Part shown: positions 1 through 12,681 of the stretch, one piece after another
Position numbering within the stretch: position 1 is the first letter of the stretch
Layout of the letters: each line of letters opens with the position of its first letter
DNA from: Bilabrum cf. latius
Taxonomy: Eukaryota
Direction of reading: 5' to 3'
Length of the DNA: 64,000 bases
Assembly: GCA_965178125.1 (NCBI GenBank)
Contig: OZ237770.1
Span: 496,001-560,000, forward strand
Position numbers and translations under genes: made by a program
The notes under the pieces: model-generated
Databases searched by the model: none
The model's input: only the letters and a program-made list of their open reading frames with translations
Told to the model about the DNA's origin: nothing

Positions 1-422
1 AATCGATGGGGTGGTCTGTTTGATGTTCATCTCGTGGGGCTTGACGTGCATCAGGGACAGTTGGCACGTTGACAACAACTGTGGACCTCAGTAACCTGCA
101 ATCGGGCCTCTTGGCGCGCCTTCTGAGCATAAAACTGTCGGATGGACCCAGTGTGCGTTTCAGTGGAGGAGCGTTGCGAGGTTGTGTTCGCATAGCAAGA
201 GTCGTGCTGCAGGTATCGTACACTGCACTTGGTGGCTTCAACTTTAGCTATAACATCCGTTGTGCGCCTCGTGCACTAGGTATCAGTTACCTTGTACCGC
301 AGATTTATATCTTTTGCGCTACTTATTGCGCGTGCTCCCAAAAGGGTGCCAGATTCCAGGGCCACTCTCCACGGTCCGATCAAACCGGAAGTCTCCGCGC
401 GCTCCGACTCCCAATTTGAAAC

Positions 423-519
423 ACACACTCCCTGCTAGCCCCCCCTACCCCTTCCCCCGGTCCTGCTTGCCCATCCCCTGCTGCAACCCCTGCACCATCC
501 CCTGCTTGCTTGGCAGGTA
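423..519 (-). pseudogene. Fragment of the GNAT acetyltransferase gene (left half of a split third partial copy)
   Basis: Near-identical to ~8862-8958 and ~17599-17695 (cacactccctgct...cttgcttggcaggta). Homology resumes at 5101. Confidence 0.8.
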
Positions 520-904
520 GACTACTCTAAAATAAGAAATCTCATTTTATCTGCACGCAACCCAATTCGGCGCTTGTCACCCTGCTACAGCTGCGAGTTG
601 CTGCCCATTTCCCACTCATTTCTCTCACGTTCTCGTGCGGATGTGTCTAATCTAGGCCCAAGTATAATTTAATGATACATCAATGTACTCATTCTCAGTC
701 AGGTTCCTTACGGTTCAACGTAATTAGACTGTATTTCCAGATCTAAGTATGGAAGCAATCCAAGTGAATATAGTACGGCACATCTTCCCGCGAAACACAT
801 CCTGAAGCCAGTCTGTCAGATAATAAAACAGATTTAACAGTTCATCATAGTAAGCACGCCAATAAGGTATCGATTAACGACAAAACCAACGTCTAGTGGA
901 TTGG

Positions 905-2980
905 GCCCGGAGGGCCTTGGGCGTGAGAGGCAGTGGGGTCTCAGTGGGGCTGTTGGTTGCCGGCATGCTGTTGTGGCTGTGGAGGGTCTGGAGGGCCTTG
1001 GGAGGGGCGTGAGAGGCAGTGGGGGCTCAGTGGGGCTGTTGGTTGCCGGCGAGCTGTTGTGGCTGTGGCGGGTCTGGAGGGCCTTGGGAGGGGCGTGAGA
1101 GGCAGTGGGGGCTCAGTGGGGCTGTTGGTTGCCGGCGAGCTGTTGTGGCTGTGGAGGGTCTGGAGGGCCTTGGGAGGGGCGTGAGAGGCAGTGGGGGCTC
1201 AGTGGGGCTGTTGGTTACCGGCGAGCTGGTGTGGCTGTGGAGGGTCCGGAGGGCCTTGGGAGGGGCGTGAGAGGCAGTGGGGGCTCAGTGGGGCTGTTGG
1301 TTGCCGGCGAGCTGTTGTGGCTGTGGCGGGTCTGGAGGGCCTTGGGAGGGGCGTGAGAGGCAGTGGGGGCTCAGTGGGGCTGTTGGTTGCCGGTGAGCTG
1401 GTGTGGCTGTGGAAGGTCCGGAGGGCCTTGGGAGGGGCGTGAGAGGCAGTGGGGGCTCAGTGGGGCTGTTGGTTGCCGGTGAGCTGGGATGGCTGTGGAG
1501 GGTCCGGAGGGCCTTAAGAGGGGCGTGAGAGGCAGTGGGGGCTCAGTGGGGCTGTTGGTTGCCGGCGAGCTGGTGTGGCTGTGGAGGGTCCGGAGGGCCT
1601 TGGGAGGGGCGTGAGAGGCAGTGGGGGCTCAGTGGGGCTGTTGGTTGCCGGCGAGCTGTTGTGGCTGTGGAGGGTCCGGAGGGCCTTGGGAGGGGCGTGA
1701 GAGGCAGTGGGGGCTCAGTGGGGCTGTTGGTTGCCGGCGAGCTGGTGTGGCTGTGTAGGGTCCGGAGGGCCTTGGGAGGGGCGTGAGAGGCAGTGGGGGC
1801 TCAGTGGGGCTGTTGGTTGCCGGCGAGCTGGTGTAGCTGTGGAGGGTCCGGAGGGCCTTGGGAGGGGCGTGAGAGGCAGTGGGGGCTCAGTGGGGCTGTT
1901 GGTTGCCGGCATGCTGTTGTGGCTGTGGAGGGTCCGGAGGGCCTTGGGAGGGGCGTGAGAGGCAATGGGGGCTCAGTGGGGCTGTTGGTTGCCGGCGAGC
2001 TGGTGTAGCTGTGGAGGGTCCGGAGGGCCTTGGGAGGGGCGTGAGAGGCAGTGGGGGCTCAGTGGGGCTGTTGGTTGCCGGCATGCTGGTGTAGCTGTGG
2101 AGGGTCTGGAGGGCCTTGGGAGGGGCGTGAGAGGCAGTGGGGTCTCAGTGGGGCTGTTGGGTGCCGGCGAGCTAGGATGGCTGTGGAGGGTCCGGACGAC
2201 CTTGGGAGGGGCGTGAGAGGCAATGGGGGCTCAGTGGGGCTGTTGGTTGCCGGTGAGCTGGGATGGCTGTGGAGGGTCCGGAGGGCCTTGGGAGGGGCGT
2301 GAGAGGCAGTGGGGTCTCAGTGGGGCTGTTGGGTGCCGGCGAGCTAGGATGGCTGTGGAGGGTCCGGACGACCTTGGGAGGGGCGTGAGAGGCAATGGGG
2401 GCTCAGTGGGGCTGTTGGTTGCCGGCGAGCTGGTGTAGCTGTGGAGGGTCCGGAGGGCCTTGGGAGGGGCGTGAGAGGCAGTGGGGTCTCAGTGGGGCTG
2501 TTGGTTGCCGGCATGCTGGTGTAGCTGTGGAGGGTCCGGAGGGCCTTGGGAGGGGCGTGAGAGGCAATGGGGGCTCAGTGGGGCTGTTGGTTACCGGCGA
2601 GCTGGTGTAGCTGTGGAGGGTCCGGACGACCTTGGGAGGGGCGTGAGAGGCAGTGGGGGCTCAGTGGGGCTGTTGGTTGCCGGTGAGCTGGGATGGCTGT
2701 GGAGGGTCTGGAGGGCCTTGGGAGGGGCGTGAGAGGCAGTGGGGGCTCAGTGGGGCTGTTGGTTGCCGGCGAGCTGGTGTGGCTGTGGAGGGTCCGGAGG
2801 GCCTTGGGAGGGGCGTGAGAGGCAGTGGGGGCTCAGTGGGGCTGTTGGTTGCCGGCGAGCTGGTGTGGCTGTGGAGGGTCCGGAGGGCCTTGGGAGGGGC
2901 GTGAGAGGCAGTGGGGGCTCAGTGGGGCTGTTGGTTGCCGGCGAGCTGGTGTGGCTGTGGAGGGTCCGGAGGGCCTTGGG
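905..2980 (+). repeat. 86-bp G-rich tandem repeat, ~24 copies
   Basis: Unit gagaggcagtgggggctcagtggggctgttggttgccggcgagctg...gagggccttgggaggggcgt. ORF starts recur every 86 nt (933, 1019, 1105). Confidence 0.97.
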
Positions 2981-3370
2981 GTAGACGTGTGAGATTCCAG
3001 TTATGTGTTTGCTTGTGGATGTCAATGTTGTTTGGTAGTGTATCACGGTGTTTTCTTACACGGTGCATAACCGTACTCATCAGACAGTTGGATCACAAAA
3101 TGCTCTCCGTTATCGATTGCGCGCTTCTCTTGTAGTACCCGATTTTGCATCGCTCGACTCACAATGCTTTCGAGTGGTGTTTTGCTGTAAGCCCAAATAG
3201 CCCATTGCATGGGGGCTTACAATTGCACGACACCATAAAAACAGTAAACATTTAAAAACAGACTGGAGACAAAGTAGATCCAACAAAATCAATCCAGTCA
3301 CCAATACACGATATATGGCACGCCCGGCCACGTCCGGACTTCAGCGCCTTAAGTTAGAACACCAATGCGA

Positions 3371-3797
3371 CTCTCACGCCCCTCCGAAGTCCGGACCCTC
3401 CACAGCCATCCCAGCTCACCGGCAACCAACAGCCCCACTGAGCCCCCACTGCCTCTCACGCCCCTCCCAAGGCCCTCCGGACCCTCCACAGCCACAACAG
3501 CATGCCGGCAACCAACAGCCCCACTGAGCCCCCACTGCCTCTCACGCCCCTCCCAAGGCCCTCCGGACCCTACACAGCCACACCAGCTCGCCGGCAACCA
3601 ACAGCCCCACTGAGCCCCCACTGCCTCTCACGCCCCTCCCAAGGCCCTCCAGACCCTCCACAGCCACACCAGCTCGCCGGCAACCAACAGCCCCACTGAG
3701 CCCCCACTGCCTCTCACGCTCCTTCCAAGGTCCTCCGGACCCTCCACAGCCATCCCAGCTCACGGGTAAGCAACAGCCCCACTGAGCCCCCACTGCA
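3371..3797 (-). repeat. Inverted array of the same 86-bp repeat, ~5 copies
   Basis: Reverse complement of the 905-2980 unit (ctctcacgcccctcccaaggccctcc...cagccccactgagcccccactgc). Confidence 0.95.
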
Positions 3798-5100
3798 TCC
3801 CAGGCCCCTCGCAAAGCCCCGTGCAACCATTGCACTTGATCATAGGTTTGCCCCTGGTCCCGCGGACCCACTGTGGCCGTGCAGCCCGCTGCCACCTGAG
3901 TCTCCCTCGTGCCTTGCACCTGGAGCCCCCATTCCTCCCGTTGTGCTCTCCCTGTTGACACCGCACTATCGTCGCCTGTGCCGGTGTCCCCCTCTTCGTC
4001 TCCACATCCTGTCCTCCTGCGCCCACCTCGTGTTCCGGCTCACCTGCTCCCCGTCGTTTCAATCCTGATGGCCAAGTACGTACACCAGTAGCCAAGCGAG
4101 TGCACTTGGCGCCGGTGCCCCCACGCAGACGATATTTCAACACCCTGGCCTGTATGCGCCTGTGATTTGAGCGGGGACTAGGGGTGCCAGTCGAGTAGTT
4201 TTCATCTGTGCTTTCCCTTGCTGTGCCTTAGCTAGCCTTGAGGAGCGCGTGCCTCTCTGCCCATGTGCCTCTCCGATAGATACTAGCCCGTTTACAGCCC
4301 TTGCTTCACAAAAGCAGCTAGTTTACGCATATGTGGACCTGAATCATGCTCTCGATAAACTGAAAACACTGTCTAGCAAGTACAAGTGTTGCATGCTTGC
4401 AACAGTAGTGTGAATGCTGGGATCCCAATACCCGACCTTCTGGGTTAAACCAAAGCAGTTAGGTGCATAAAGTTAGTACTGAGGGCACTAAGAATGCTTC
4501 AGGGTCAGTCCATCGTCTAAAATGTTACCAGGTGAGCCCTAACACCAGAGCTATCCAGAAGACCTAGCCTGCGGGATAGACAATGATCTGCGGATACTCA
4601 TGTTGGTACGTGCGGGTTCATCCCCAGAAAAGCAATAACTGACCTTAAAATATCTTATCACCTCATTGAAATTTTAAAAAAAAGACAGATTGACCAGAGA
4701 ACGCCCAGTTGCACTTGTGTCAACTATCAACGTGAGATAGCTTGGATGTTCGGCACAATACAGGCCAAACATACACACACCAAGCTTAAGTGGTGTACTG
4801 GGTTAATATAAACTCATTGACCCACGCAAATTTGCAATATACGGTATGATCAGGCAGAGAACGCTGATACGAGTCCTGTACAGAAAATGGGGGCGTGTCC
4901 CAGACATCGCGGTCTTACCCTCTCGCAATTGAGGTAAATTTTCACCAGATTTGCATATAAACTTGAAGAATACTCGCAAATCCGTCCGCGTACCGGGGTG
5001 TACCCGGAAAACTGGCTGCTGACCTGGGAGCAAGGTTTTTTGGGCGTAGTTCGGCTGCTGGCTAGTTTTTGAATAGTGTACTTTTAGTATATTTCCTCTA

Positions 5101-5225
5101 CTGCACTGGCACAGTCGTGCACTGCACCGTTGGACTCGGGGGCCATTGGCGAAGCCGAAACAGCGGCAGATGCAGAACTGCCCTCTCCCCCACCCACCTC
5201 CCGGCCCACCTCTCTCTGCTCCTGC
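5101..5225 (-). pseudogene. Fragment of the GNAT gene (right half of the split third copy)
   Basis: Matches ~8959-9083 and ~17696-17820 (ctgcactggcacagtcgtgcactgcac...cccacctctctctgctcctgc). Confidence 0.8.
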
Positions 5226-5544
5226 CAAGGGTATTGTGCAGCAAGCATCCGCTACAAAACGGCTATCAAGCATACGCTCCACCAATCGGCAACACCCGAT
5301 AACGGACCTACGCTCCTCACCCACTACATGATGGCCTCGTGCTGGCTCGGCTCGAGAGCCCCAGTGCAGCTAATCCCCTAATCGCTGCTTGCCTTGATGG
5401 ACTCGGCCACATATTGATTCTAGTTTAAGTTAAGTATGGCTAGCATCTACTGCACGCCTGAATGGAGCAGCATCTAAATGGATAATTGTTCCGGCTGACC
5501 CCACCGGAGACCACGGCCCGCAACGCTGCGCCTGCCGCTATCCT

Positions 5545-5908
5545 GATCAGATGCCATTCTCCGATCTGCTCAGATTGTCAACGGACGAGCCCACGCGGGG
5601 GGCTGTCCAAAGTGACATAGACACCCATGATGGACTGTCCTAGGGCGTTCCCTGCCGATTCCCAGACTCGGCAGCTTATCGCCAACTCTGCGGCACGAAG
5701 CCGCGGCGTCACCGTGACTCTTGCTGTCCGGGTACCGGCCTGCTGAACCACTAGCGACCTGACCGTAGCTAGTCGAATAGGCCCCGCCACGGCCAACCAC
5801 GCCCCGTAACGCTGCGACGGCCGCTGCCCTGATGCATTGCTCTGATCTGTTCAGATCGTCAACAGACGAGCCCACGAGGGGGGCTGTCCTCAGTGACATA
5901 GACAACCC
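5545..5908. repeat. Imperfect ~75-bp direct repeat, two copies ~280 bp apart
   Basis: gatctgctcagattgtcaacggacgagcccacgcggggggctgtcc..gtgacatagacacc versus gatctgttcagatcgtcaacagacgagcccacgagggggggctgtcc..gtgacatagacaacc. Confidence 0.7.
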
Positions 5909-6274
5909 CGGCTGGTTGTCCTTGGGTGCTACTACGGCGTCCTAAGCGTAGCTAACCTGTTCGGTCCTGTAATGGTCACACACACTACAACCCAACCGAT
6001 TTGGCCCCCTTGGCCAGCCAAGTTAGCATAAGCCCCGACAAGAGCAGCGCCGGCACGACGCCGCGCCTAGCCTGGGCGGGCCAACCAGGGGGCCAACTCA
6101 ACACAACTCATGGGGTGATGAGTGGAGGTGGGAAACCACCACCGCTCTGTGTAGTAAACGTCAGACGACTAGAATGTTGCCGAGACGGATTTTCCGCAAG
6201 TAACGAGCACCCAGGCGCCGCCGGGCGCCGCCGCGGCCGATAAAACAGAATTTCACACGACCACAAAGGTTGAC

Positions 6275-8146
6275 ATGGGCGTCCGTGTTTCCATGGTAGC
6301 AGTGACTGCAACCTCGGGAATATATGATTTTGATTACACGAACTCCAATTCAGAAGGCCTTGTAGTGATTGGACGGCCACTCAACCCAGGCGTGCCTGGA
6401 ACCGACTACGATAATGGCTTCGCGTGCGACTTGGATGGTGGGGCCGCCTTCGACGAGAGGACGACTAAGGAGGCATGCATAGGAATGAACAAGAACGGGA
6501 GGGGAGCTTACACCCTTTCCGGCCAGAGCGTAAACGGTGGCTCCTTTTTAGTGCGAGACGTCGTATGCGCAGCGAACCAGGGCTTCAATCCAACGCAAGG
6601 TGATACGAGCCGGCACTGCCAGTTGAATTCGGACGTATCTTCATGCTCCAACACAAATGGCATTTTCATTTCGTGCCTCCCAAACTTTTTCGGGGCGGAG
6701 GCCGACTTCCTCCAGTTCAGGCTGGCAAACGCAGCGGGAGGCACCACTGACCAGACGAACACGACCGGGACGGGCGTGCTTCAGGTGAGCGCAGCAGGCA
6801 CCGACTACGCCCCCGTTTGCGATCAAGGCATCACACAAGCCACGGTGACGAAACTCTGCAGCTTCATGGGAGTCCCGGACACTGGCACCTTCAGCACTGG
6901 CGTGACGACGGGCGGGTCATCCTCCTACGCTCTCAAAGACCTGGACTGCAGCGCGGCGAACAACGGCGGGGAGTGCGACTTCGATCGGAGACCGGGATGC
7001 GGAGCAGATCAGGCTGTGACAATCACGTGCGCGCTGCCCAGTCCGAGTCCCAGCCCATCCGCGTCGGTGAGCGCCAGCCCATCCGCGTCAGTGAGCGCCA
7101 GCCCGTCCGCGTCAGTGAGCGCCAGCCCGTCCGCGTCAGTGAGCGCCAGCCCATCCACGTCAGTGAGTCCCAGCCCGTCCACATCGGTGAGCGCCAGCCC
7201 ATCCACCTCGGTGAGCGCCAGCCCATCCGCGTCGGTGAGCGCCAGCCCATCCACCTCGGTGAGCGCCAGCCCGTCCACGTCGGTGAGCGCCAGCCCGTCC
7301 ACGTCGGTGAGCGCCAGCCCATCCACGTCAGTGAGCCCCAGCCCGTCCACGTCGGTGAGCGCCAGCCCGTCCACGTCGGTGAGCGCCAGCCCATCTTCAT
7401 CCCCAGATGCAGCCGCGGCATCTCCCTCGCCCTCGGCTTCCAGCCTGCTCCTCCCCGCCCTCGCACGGCTGGAGGAGCTGCCGGTGGACAGCCCCGCTCG
7501 GGCGACCACCTCGGTGGATGAAGCCGACCCCGATACCACGGTCACCTGCAGCGCTGGCTCCGGGTCGGGCGCCCTGGCCTCGGCGGACCGCCTGCTACAG
7601 ACCGAGGTGCGTGTGGTGGGTCTTGCACCCGAGCAGATCAGCTGCATGGACGTGCAGCAGCTAGTGAACGAGCTGGCGCAGGCCGCCGGGGTGGACGCGG
7701 CTGACATCGTGCTGTGGCTGCAGGACCTGAGCGGGACCCAGAGCTCCACCGAGACGGCCGTGGTGATCCAGGTGCCTGCCGACTCCCACGAGGCGGCGCA
7801 GGTGGCGCTGGGCGCGATCACGGCCGTGCTGCAGAGCGAGCGTTTCCTGGCCCCGCTGCTGGCAGGAGCCCCTGTGGCCGGCGAGGAGGGCCCGGCGCTT
7901 GCGGTGTGGGTGGGTGCGAACGATCAGACGGCCACCTTCTCGGCGACCAACCCCTACTCCGAGGGCCGGACCACCCGCGGGGATGGTGACGACGAGGACG
8001 TGGCGCCTGCCGAAGTGGCCATGTTCGCGCTGGGGGGGCTGGCCATGGTGGCCGTAGCCGCCTTCGCATACTTCGCGTGCTACCGCGGAAGGACGGAAGC
8101 TCCGGCCAAGACTAGCAACAAGGAGGCCGTGGCTGAGGGAGTATGA
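6275..8146 (+). CDS. Cell-surface protein: two SRCR-like Cys domains, Ser/Pro/Thr mucin stalk (14 x 8 aa), C-terminal TM helix (copy 1)
   Basis: GVLQV...APVCDQG...KLCSFMG...LKDLDC...C...C...VTITC follows SRCR Cys spacing. [TA]SVS[AP]SPS repeats, hydrophobic [21 protein letters not shown], ends TGA. Confidence 0.8.
   Translation: MGVRVSMVAVTATSGIYDFDYTNSNSEGLVVIGRPLNPGVPGTDYDNGFACDLDGGAAFDERTTKEACIGMNKNGRGAYTLSGQSVNGGSFLVRDVVCAANQGFNPTQGDTSRHCQLNSDVSSCSNTNGIFISCLPNFFGAEADFLQFRLANAAGGTTDQTNTTGTGVLQVSAAGTDYAPVCDQGITQATVTKLCSFMGVPDTGTFSTGVTTGGSSSYALKDLDCSAANNGGECDFDRRPGCGADQAVTITCALPSPSPSPSASVSASPSASVSASPSASVSASPSASVSASPSTSVSPSPSTSVSASPSTSVSASPSASVSASPSTSVSASPSTSVSASPSTSVSASPSTSVSPSPSTSVSASPSTSVSASPSSSPDAAAASPSPSASSLLLPALARLEELPVDSPARATTSVDEADPDTTVTCSAGSGSGALASADRLLQTEVRVVGLAPEQISCMDVQQLVNELAQAAGVDAADIVLWLQDLSGTQSSTETAVVIQVPADSHEAAQVALGAITAVLQSERFLAPLLAGAPVAGEEGPALAVWVGANDQTATFSATNPYSEGRTTRGDGDDEDVAPAEVAMFALGGLAMVAVAAFAYFACYRGRTEAPAKTSNKEAVAEGV
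7040..7396 (+). repeat. 24-bp coding minisatellite, 14 units
   Basis: gcgtcggtgagcgccagcccatcc-type units encoding [AT]SVS[AP]SPS. Confidence 0.95.
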
Positions 8147-8629
8147 GTCCGGGCATCTTGGCGCACGATCGATCCCTATCAGGTGAAGAGCAATGGTCGG
8201 ATTTGGACCCACTTCCCTGCATCCGTAGGCCAGCGACTCGCTAGTTTAGATCCACTTGTGGGACACGGTAGGTTACGCAGTAGATCTACCTCGCGAGTGT
8301 CCTTGTGTGCAGTGGAGCACCCCTTGCGTTTTGGTCATCACATGGCTGTTGCTGGTTTCCACGTCTCGAACTGCCTCAATGTCAATCGCAAGCATTCATT
8401 TCAGCCACGGCACACCCAGGATCCAGGATAGCAGTCATGCCACCTCATGCTTGCCCCGGCACGCCACCGCCCACCCGTCTAGAGTCCGGTCAAGATCTAC
8501 CCCAACGCAGGGCCCATCCAGTAGATGTTCCCTCTGTCCCGATCTGTGATGCGCACTCGGCCCATAGCGAGGAAGGCAGCCTCCGCCGCTACCAACCACT
8601 GCCGCTGCCCCCATCCCGCCACGTCGATG

Positions 8630-10093
8630 TTATTCCACGGGAAATGGGCTGCACAGCCGTTTCCTCATCCTAAGCGCAGACCTGGCCGCCCCTCCGATCC
8701 TGTAGTACCCCTGCACCTCCTCCAGCACTCCGTACCCTTCCTAGTCATACAGCCGCACGGCCGGGGTGTTGTCCGGCAGGCAGTGCAGTTCAATCCATTG
8801 ACATTGCACCCCGCTTGTCCCCAGGTCTCCCACTTCGATGATCGCAGGAGACGCACTGCCCCCACACTCCCTGCTACCCCCCCCTGCCCCTTCCCCCGGT
8901 CCTGCTTGCCCATCCCCTGCTGGCACACCTGCACCATCCCCTGGATGCTTGGCAGGTACTGCACCGGCACAGTCGTGCACTGCACTATTAGATTCGGGGG
9001 CCCGTGGTGAAGCCGAAACAGCGGCAGACGCAGAACTGCCCTCTCCCCCACCCACCTCCCTGCCCACCTCTCTCTGCTCCTGCTCGCCCGCAGCACCCCG
9101 CCGCCCCGCCGCCCACCTCTCCCCTGCCCTCATGAGTGCCCTGGCCAGCCCCAGCCGACGGGCAGCAGGCAGCACGCACAGCGTGGTCACCACTGCCCAC
9201 GGTCCCTTGGGGCGCCTGGGTGCGGGGCCCAGGCCCAGGCCAAGGGTTGATGGAAGGCCCCCGCCGTGCAATGCACCTGGACCGTGTCTCATGGTCTCTC
9301 TGTGTTCCTTCATGGCCACTCCGCTGGCCCTGGTACCTTTCTCCTCCGCATCTACATCGGTGTTGGTAATGGATGCACCCCCGCTGCCAACACCAGCACT
9401 TGCACCAGCACTTGCGCTTGCTCCCGAATTGCCGTCTTCCGATATGCGCTTGCTGCTCGGCCTGGCCCGCAGCACAGAGCCTTGGCTTGACTCTGACCCT
9501 GCCGTAGGGGCGTTGGCCCCGGCTTCCCTGTCCCCATTGTGGGGGGTGGGGCCAGTCCGGGGTGCCCTCTCGTCGTGGGGAGGGGTCCACGAGGGGTCCA
9601 GCTGCTGTGCAATCCATGGGGCACACGCGCCGATCGCATCGGTCACTGCCTCGCAGCACGCATCCAACGGGCCCAGTGGGGCGGGCTGGTGGCAGCGTAG
9701 CGTTACGCAGCCCACAACGACGAATGGCGGCCAGAATGCGAACCATGACGAGTGTTCCCATATGTTGATTCTTCTGTTGAATGTTGCATATCCGGATGCC
9801 GGATCATATCGTCTTGTGATCTCGGTAGATTGCTTCGTGCTAGCGCCAGCGCCTCCAGTCTTGCCCGCTGTCGCGGACGGTCGTGCTCAAAAGCCGTGCG
9901 CGCAGGCTCTATTCCAGACTAGACCCATGTTCCAATCCGGAAATGAATCGCATGCTACAATGCAACACACATCGTCTCTTCCAGCAGCGAGGCCTTCAAA
10001 GAATCCACTGCTGTACATGAGCGGCAACGTAGCATCAGTGACAAAGGCTACTTGCGCCATCTCCTCTGACCGCATACGTCTAATATCAATCAA
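8630..10093 (-). pseudogene. GNAT N-acetyltransferase, probably degenerate copy 1
   Basis: Paralog of 17367-18893. A 2-nt and a 1-nt deletion (~9897, ~9730) shift the frame locally and expose TGA at 9887. The equivalent start ATG is lost. An unrecognised intron could rescue it. Confidence 0.55.
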
Positions 10094-10176
10094 AATAATA
10101 ATACATGAGCACTACTGCCATAGCTCGAGGCCTTCTTGTCAGGGGGGGAAGTCTTGCCGAGACGGATTTTCCTCTA

Positions 10177-12681
10177 GAGCACCTGACGAATCTTCAGCAG
10201 CCCCTATGCACCATCTTCATGAAGCATCTATGACCCCTGGAATCCCTCAGCGAACTTCTGAGCTATCTCAAGCAATTCTTCATTGAATTCTGTAGCTTTT
10301 TCTGCGTCTTGCTTCGCAACATCTTACCTATGAGCTGAGATATCAAGTGGTGAAATTGGCCCGATTTCGCGCAAAATTCTGGCCTGTGGATCGTTCAGAA
10401 ACTTTAGCACTGCGATTTTCTAGTGCAACTAGCGCCCTCCAGGTCCACTAACGAGAGATATAATGTAAAACACCATCCAGAATCAATTTTGTCGGTGTAA
10501 ATTAACTGATATGCCCTCTTTTGTCTGATAATGCGACATATTTCGTATTCCCCCAAGATCTCGTCGAATTATTAGCAATGCAATTTTGTGGCGTTTCTGA
10601 ATACATTTGCACTAGCAAATAGACACATCCTAAATAAACACTATAGATTCATACAATGTCTGGATATGAGTGCTTCATACTGGCATTGAGCCTCAGGAGG
10701 AGTCCAGACATGTCACTAGCCTTCGCCCGAAGCAGCTGCGACGGCAGCCTATGACAACCCCATTTTCTCTGTCGTTTTGGCGTTTGCTGCCTGCATGCTC
10801 GCCATGTTTGTTTCAAATCAAGCCTTGTTTGAAGTATTACCCGGGGATTCCTCCAGCTGTGTTTTGGCTTTGCTCAACTCGCTCAGGCTCGCGGTGTAGT
10901 GCTGCCACGCATCGCTGACCTCCCTTTCGCGCTTCGGCCCGTCAAGTAGGGCTGTGGTTGTCGCTTAAACCTGCTGTTGTTGCGCCTTCTTCGCAGATAA
11001 AAATATGATGCGATCTCTCTGGTGGTATTCCAAAGATAGCGCTCCGTACCGTGCCTGGGCGAGCCTGCCGTTCTGAGGTGCAGTGTCCGGTGCGGTCAGT
11101 TGCGCGGCGGCAGGTGCCTCACCTGCTTCGCCGGATGCGGACGCCTGCTATGACTGAGCTAGTGCAAGCTTCGCAGCTTTCGCGCGGGAGCACTCCTACG
11201 TCCTTCTGGCGATGTCGCGCACTGCCTCGGTTTCCTCGGCTAAGAACTCCTCCCCGATCGCTAACTCACTAGGCAGCGTTCCCGATTTGACCATGGCATC
11301 GTACTGCTGCTACACGGTCACCGGTCTTTGACCATCTACCGCATCCGCAGCGGTCCCCTTTGGTGCACCAGCACCGGAGGCTGCCCCTGCGCGTGCTCCG
11401 TCCCCCTCCTCCTCCCCCTCCCCCGCCCCGGCCTCTGCTCCCGCCCCGGCCTCCGTTGCATCCATTTTCGCATAAAATGCGTGGATTGTAGCAATTTCAT
11501 CAGTATCCTCGCTTCGAACTGGAATCTTCTTGGCCTTGCAAAGGGTCAACATGGCTTCATCAGTCGCCCCCGGCACCCCGCCTGCCTGCCCGGCGCCGGG
11601 GGTCCACCAGCTTGAGCACGTCTCCCTCGCCGTTGATCCACATGACACCAGTAGTTGTATGTGTACAGCCCCCCGCTTCAACATTGAAAGCTTGGCGTTC
11701 CTTTCCAGATGACTAGCTCCCTGTCCGCGGATCCGTCCTCCCTTTGTTGTTCCAGGACTTGATGGTGCTCTTGCTCTCCAGGATGACGCCTGACTCGTCG
11801 ACGTTGTGCTACCAACGTGGAGTAATTCCGAATTCCTTGCACATACGCTTGAACCAAATTATCCATCCAACTATTTGAGCGCAGGACAGGCCCGCATGTC
11901 CTTTGTCCAGGGTACCAGGTAGCTGCAAGGACAAGCCATTCCGAGCGCTCCTGAGGTGGCGGCGGACCCACGCATCTCTTACCAGGTTACAATCAGATGT
12001 CGATCTTCCTGCCGCTTTAAATGCCCCTTCAGTGCGTAGTTGAAAGTATCGTGCCATTTATGTGACCTGTTTTACCGTGTAAAATACCCCGCAACGGATC
12101 ATTCTACGAGCTGCAACACAAGCTCCTTCTCCGCGAATGTAGATACCAGTGGCTTCCGTCCTGGAGGTGGAGGTGGGTACTGCAGCTACATATACTTGTT
12201 GACTGTCATCCTGGAGGCCGGTACCCTCATCTTATTAACACTCGGTGGATGTCCGGGTGCGAAAAGTGCAGCTTATGTCTTGGCAGTCTGCAAAGGTACC
12301 ACTTGCACATTTTTCGAAGCCTTGCTGGTGTAGCGGCATCCGTCTACTAGATAACATCTATATTTCAAACATATGTACCCCTTAATGGTAGGTAAGCATC
12401 GATGAGAAGCCTGTGCAAACCGCACACAATTGCGTCGTCCACAATCCCGAGTACGATACACAGCAAATTACCCACCGCCGCAAATGCCTACAGCAACACA
12501 GGCGGGTTTAGACGCTAAACTAGATATATTTGCTTCAGCAAGGCAGTATCTGCGTCAGACAAGTCCTCCATTGGCCAGGAATTAGGTCTTGACAACTCGT
12601 TTCAGCTCCGAATCATGCATATTATACAGTGCAGTTATCAGGTGCTAAAGTTAATAAATGCTAAAGTTAAGTCAGGTGCTC
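10177..12681. mobile_element. 2.5-kb DNA transposon-like insertion with 11-bp TIRs and TA (or CTAG) TSD
   Basis: TA|GAGCACCTGAC (10177) ... GTCAGGTGCTC|TA (12681). Removing it restores ggattttcctctagtaacgagc, equal in length to the empty site ggattttccgcaagtaacgagc in copy 1 (~6187-6209). Confidence 0.85.

Larger units (their letters stand above)
520..5098. mobile_element. 4.6-kb insertion with TA target-site duplication, carrying the 86-bp satellite arrays
   Basis: Intact copies read ggcaggTActgcac. Here the sequence reads ggcaggTA(518-519)[insert]TA(5099-5100)ctgcac. No clear TIR or transposase recognised. Confidence 0.6.

Noticed and set aside
905-3797. CRISPR array or protein-coding repeats in the 86-bp array
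   Set aside because: Units are contiguous with no unique spacers and no cas genes. The period is not a multiple of 3, so the ORFs are artefacts.
3760-4143. Cys-containing ORF (MIKCNGC) as a zinc-finger or transposase remnant
   Set aside because: Too short and without enough ligands or motifs to support a call.
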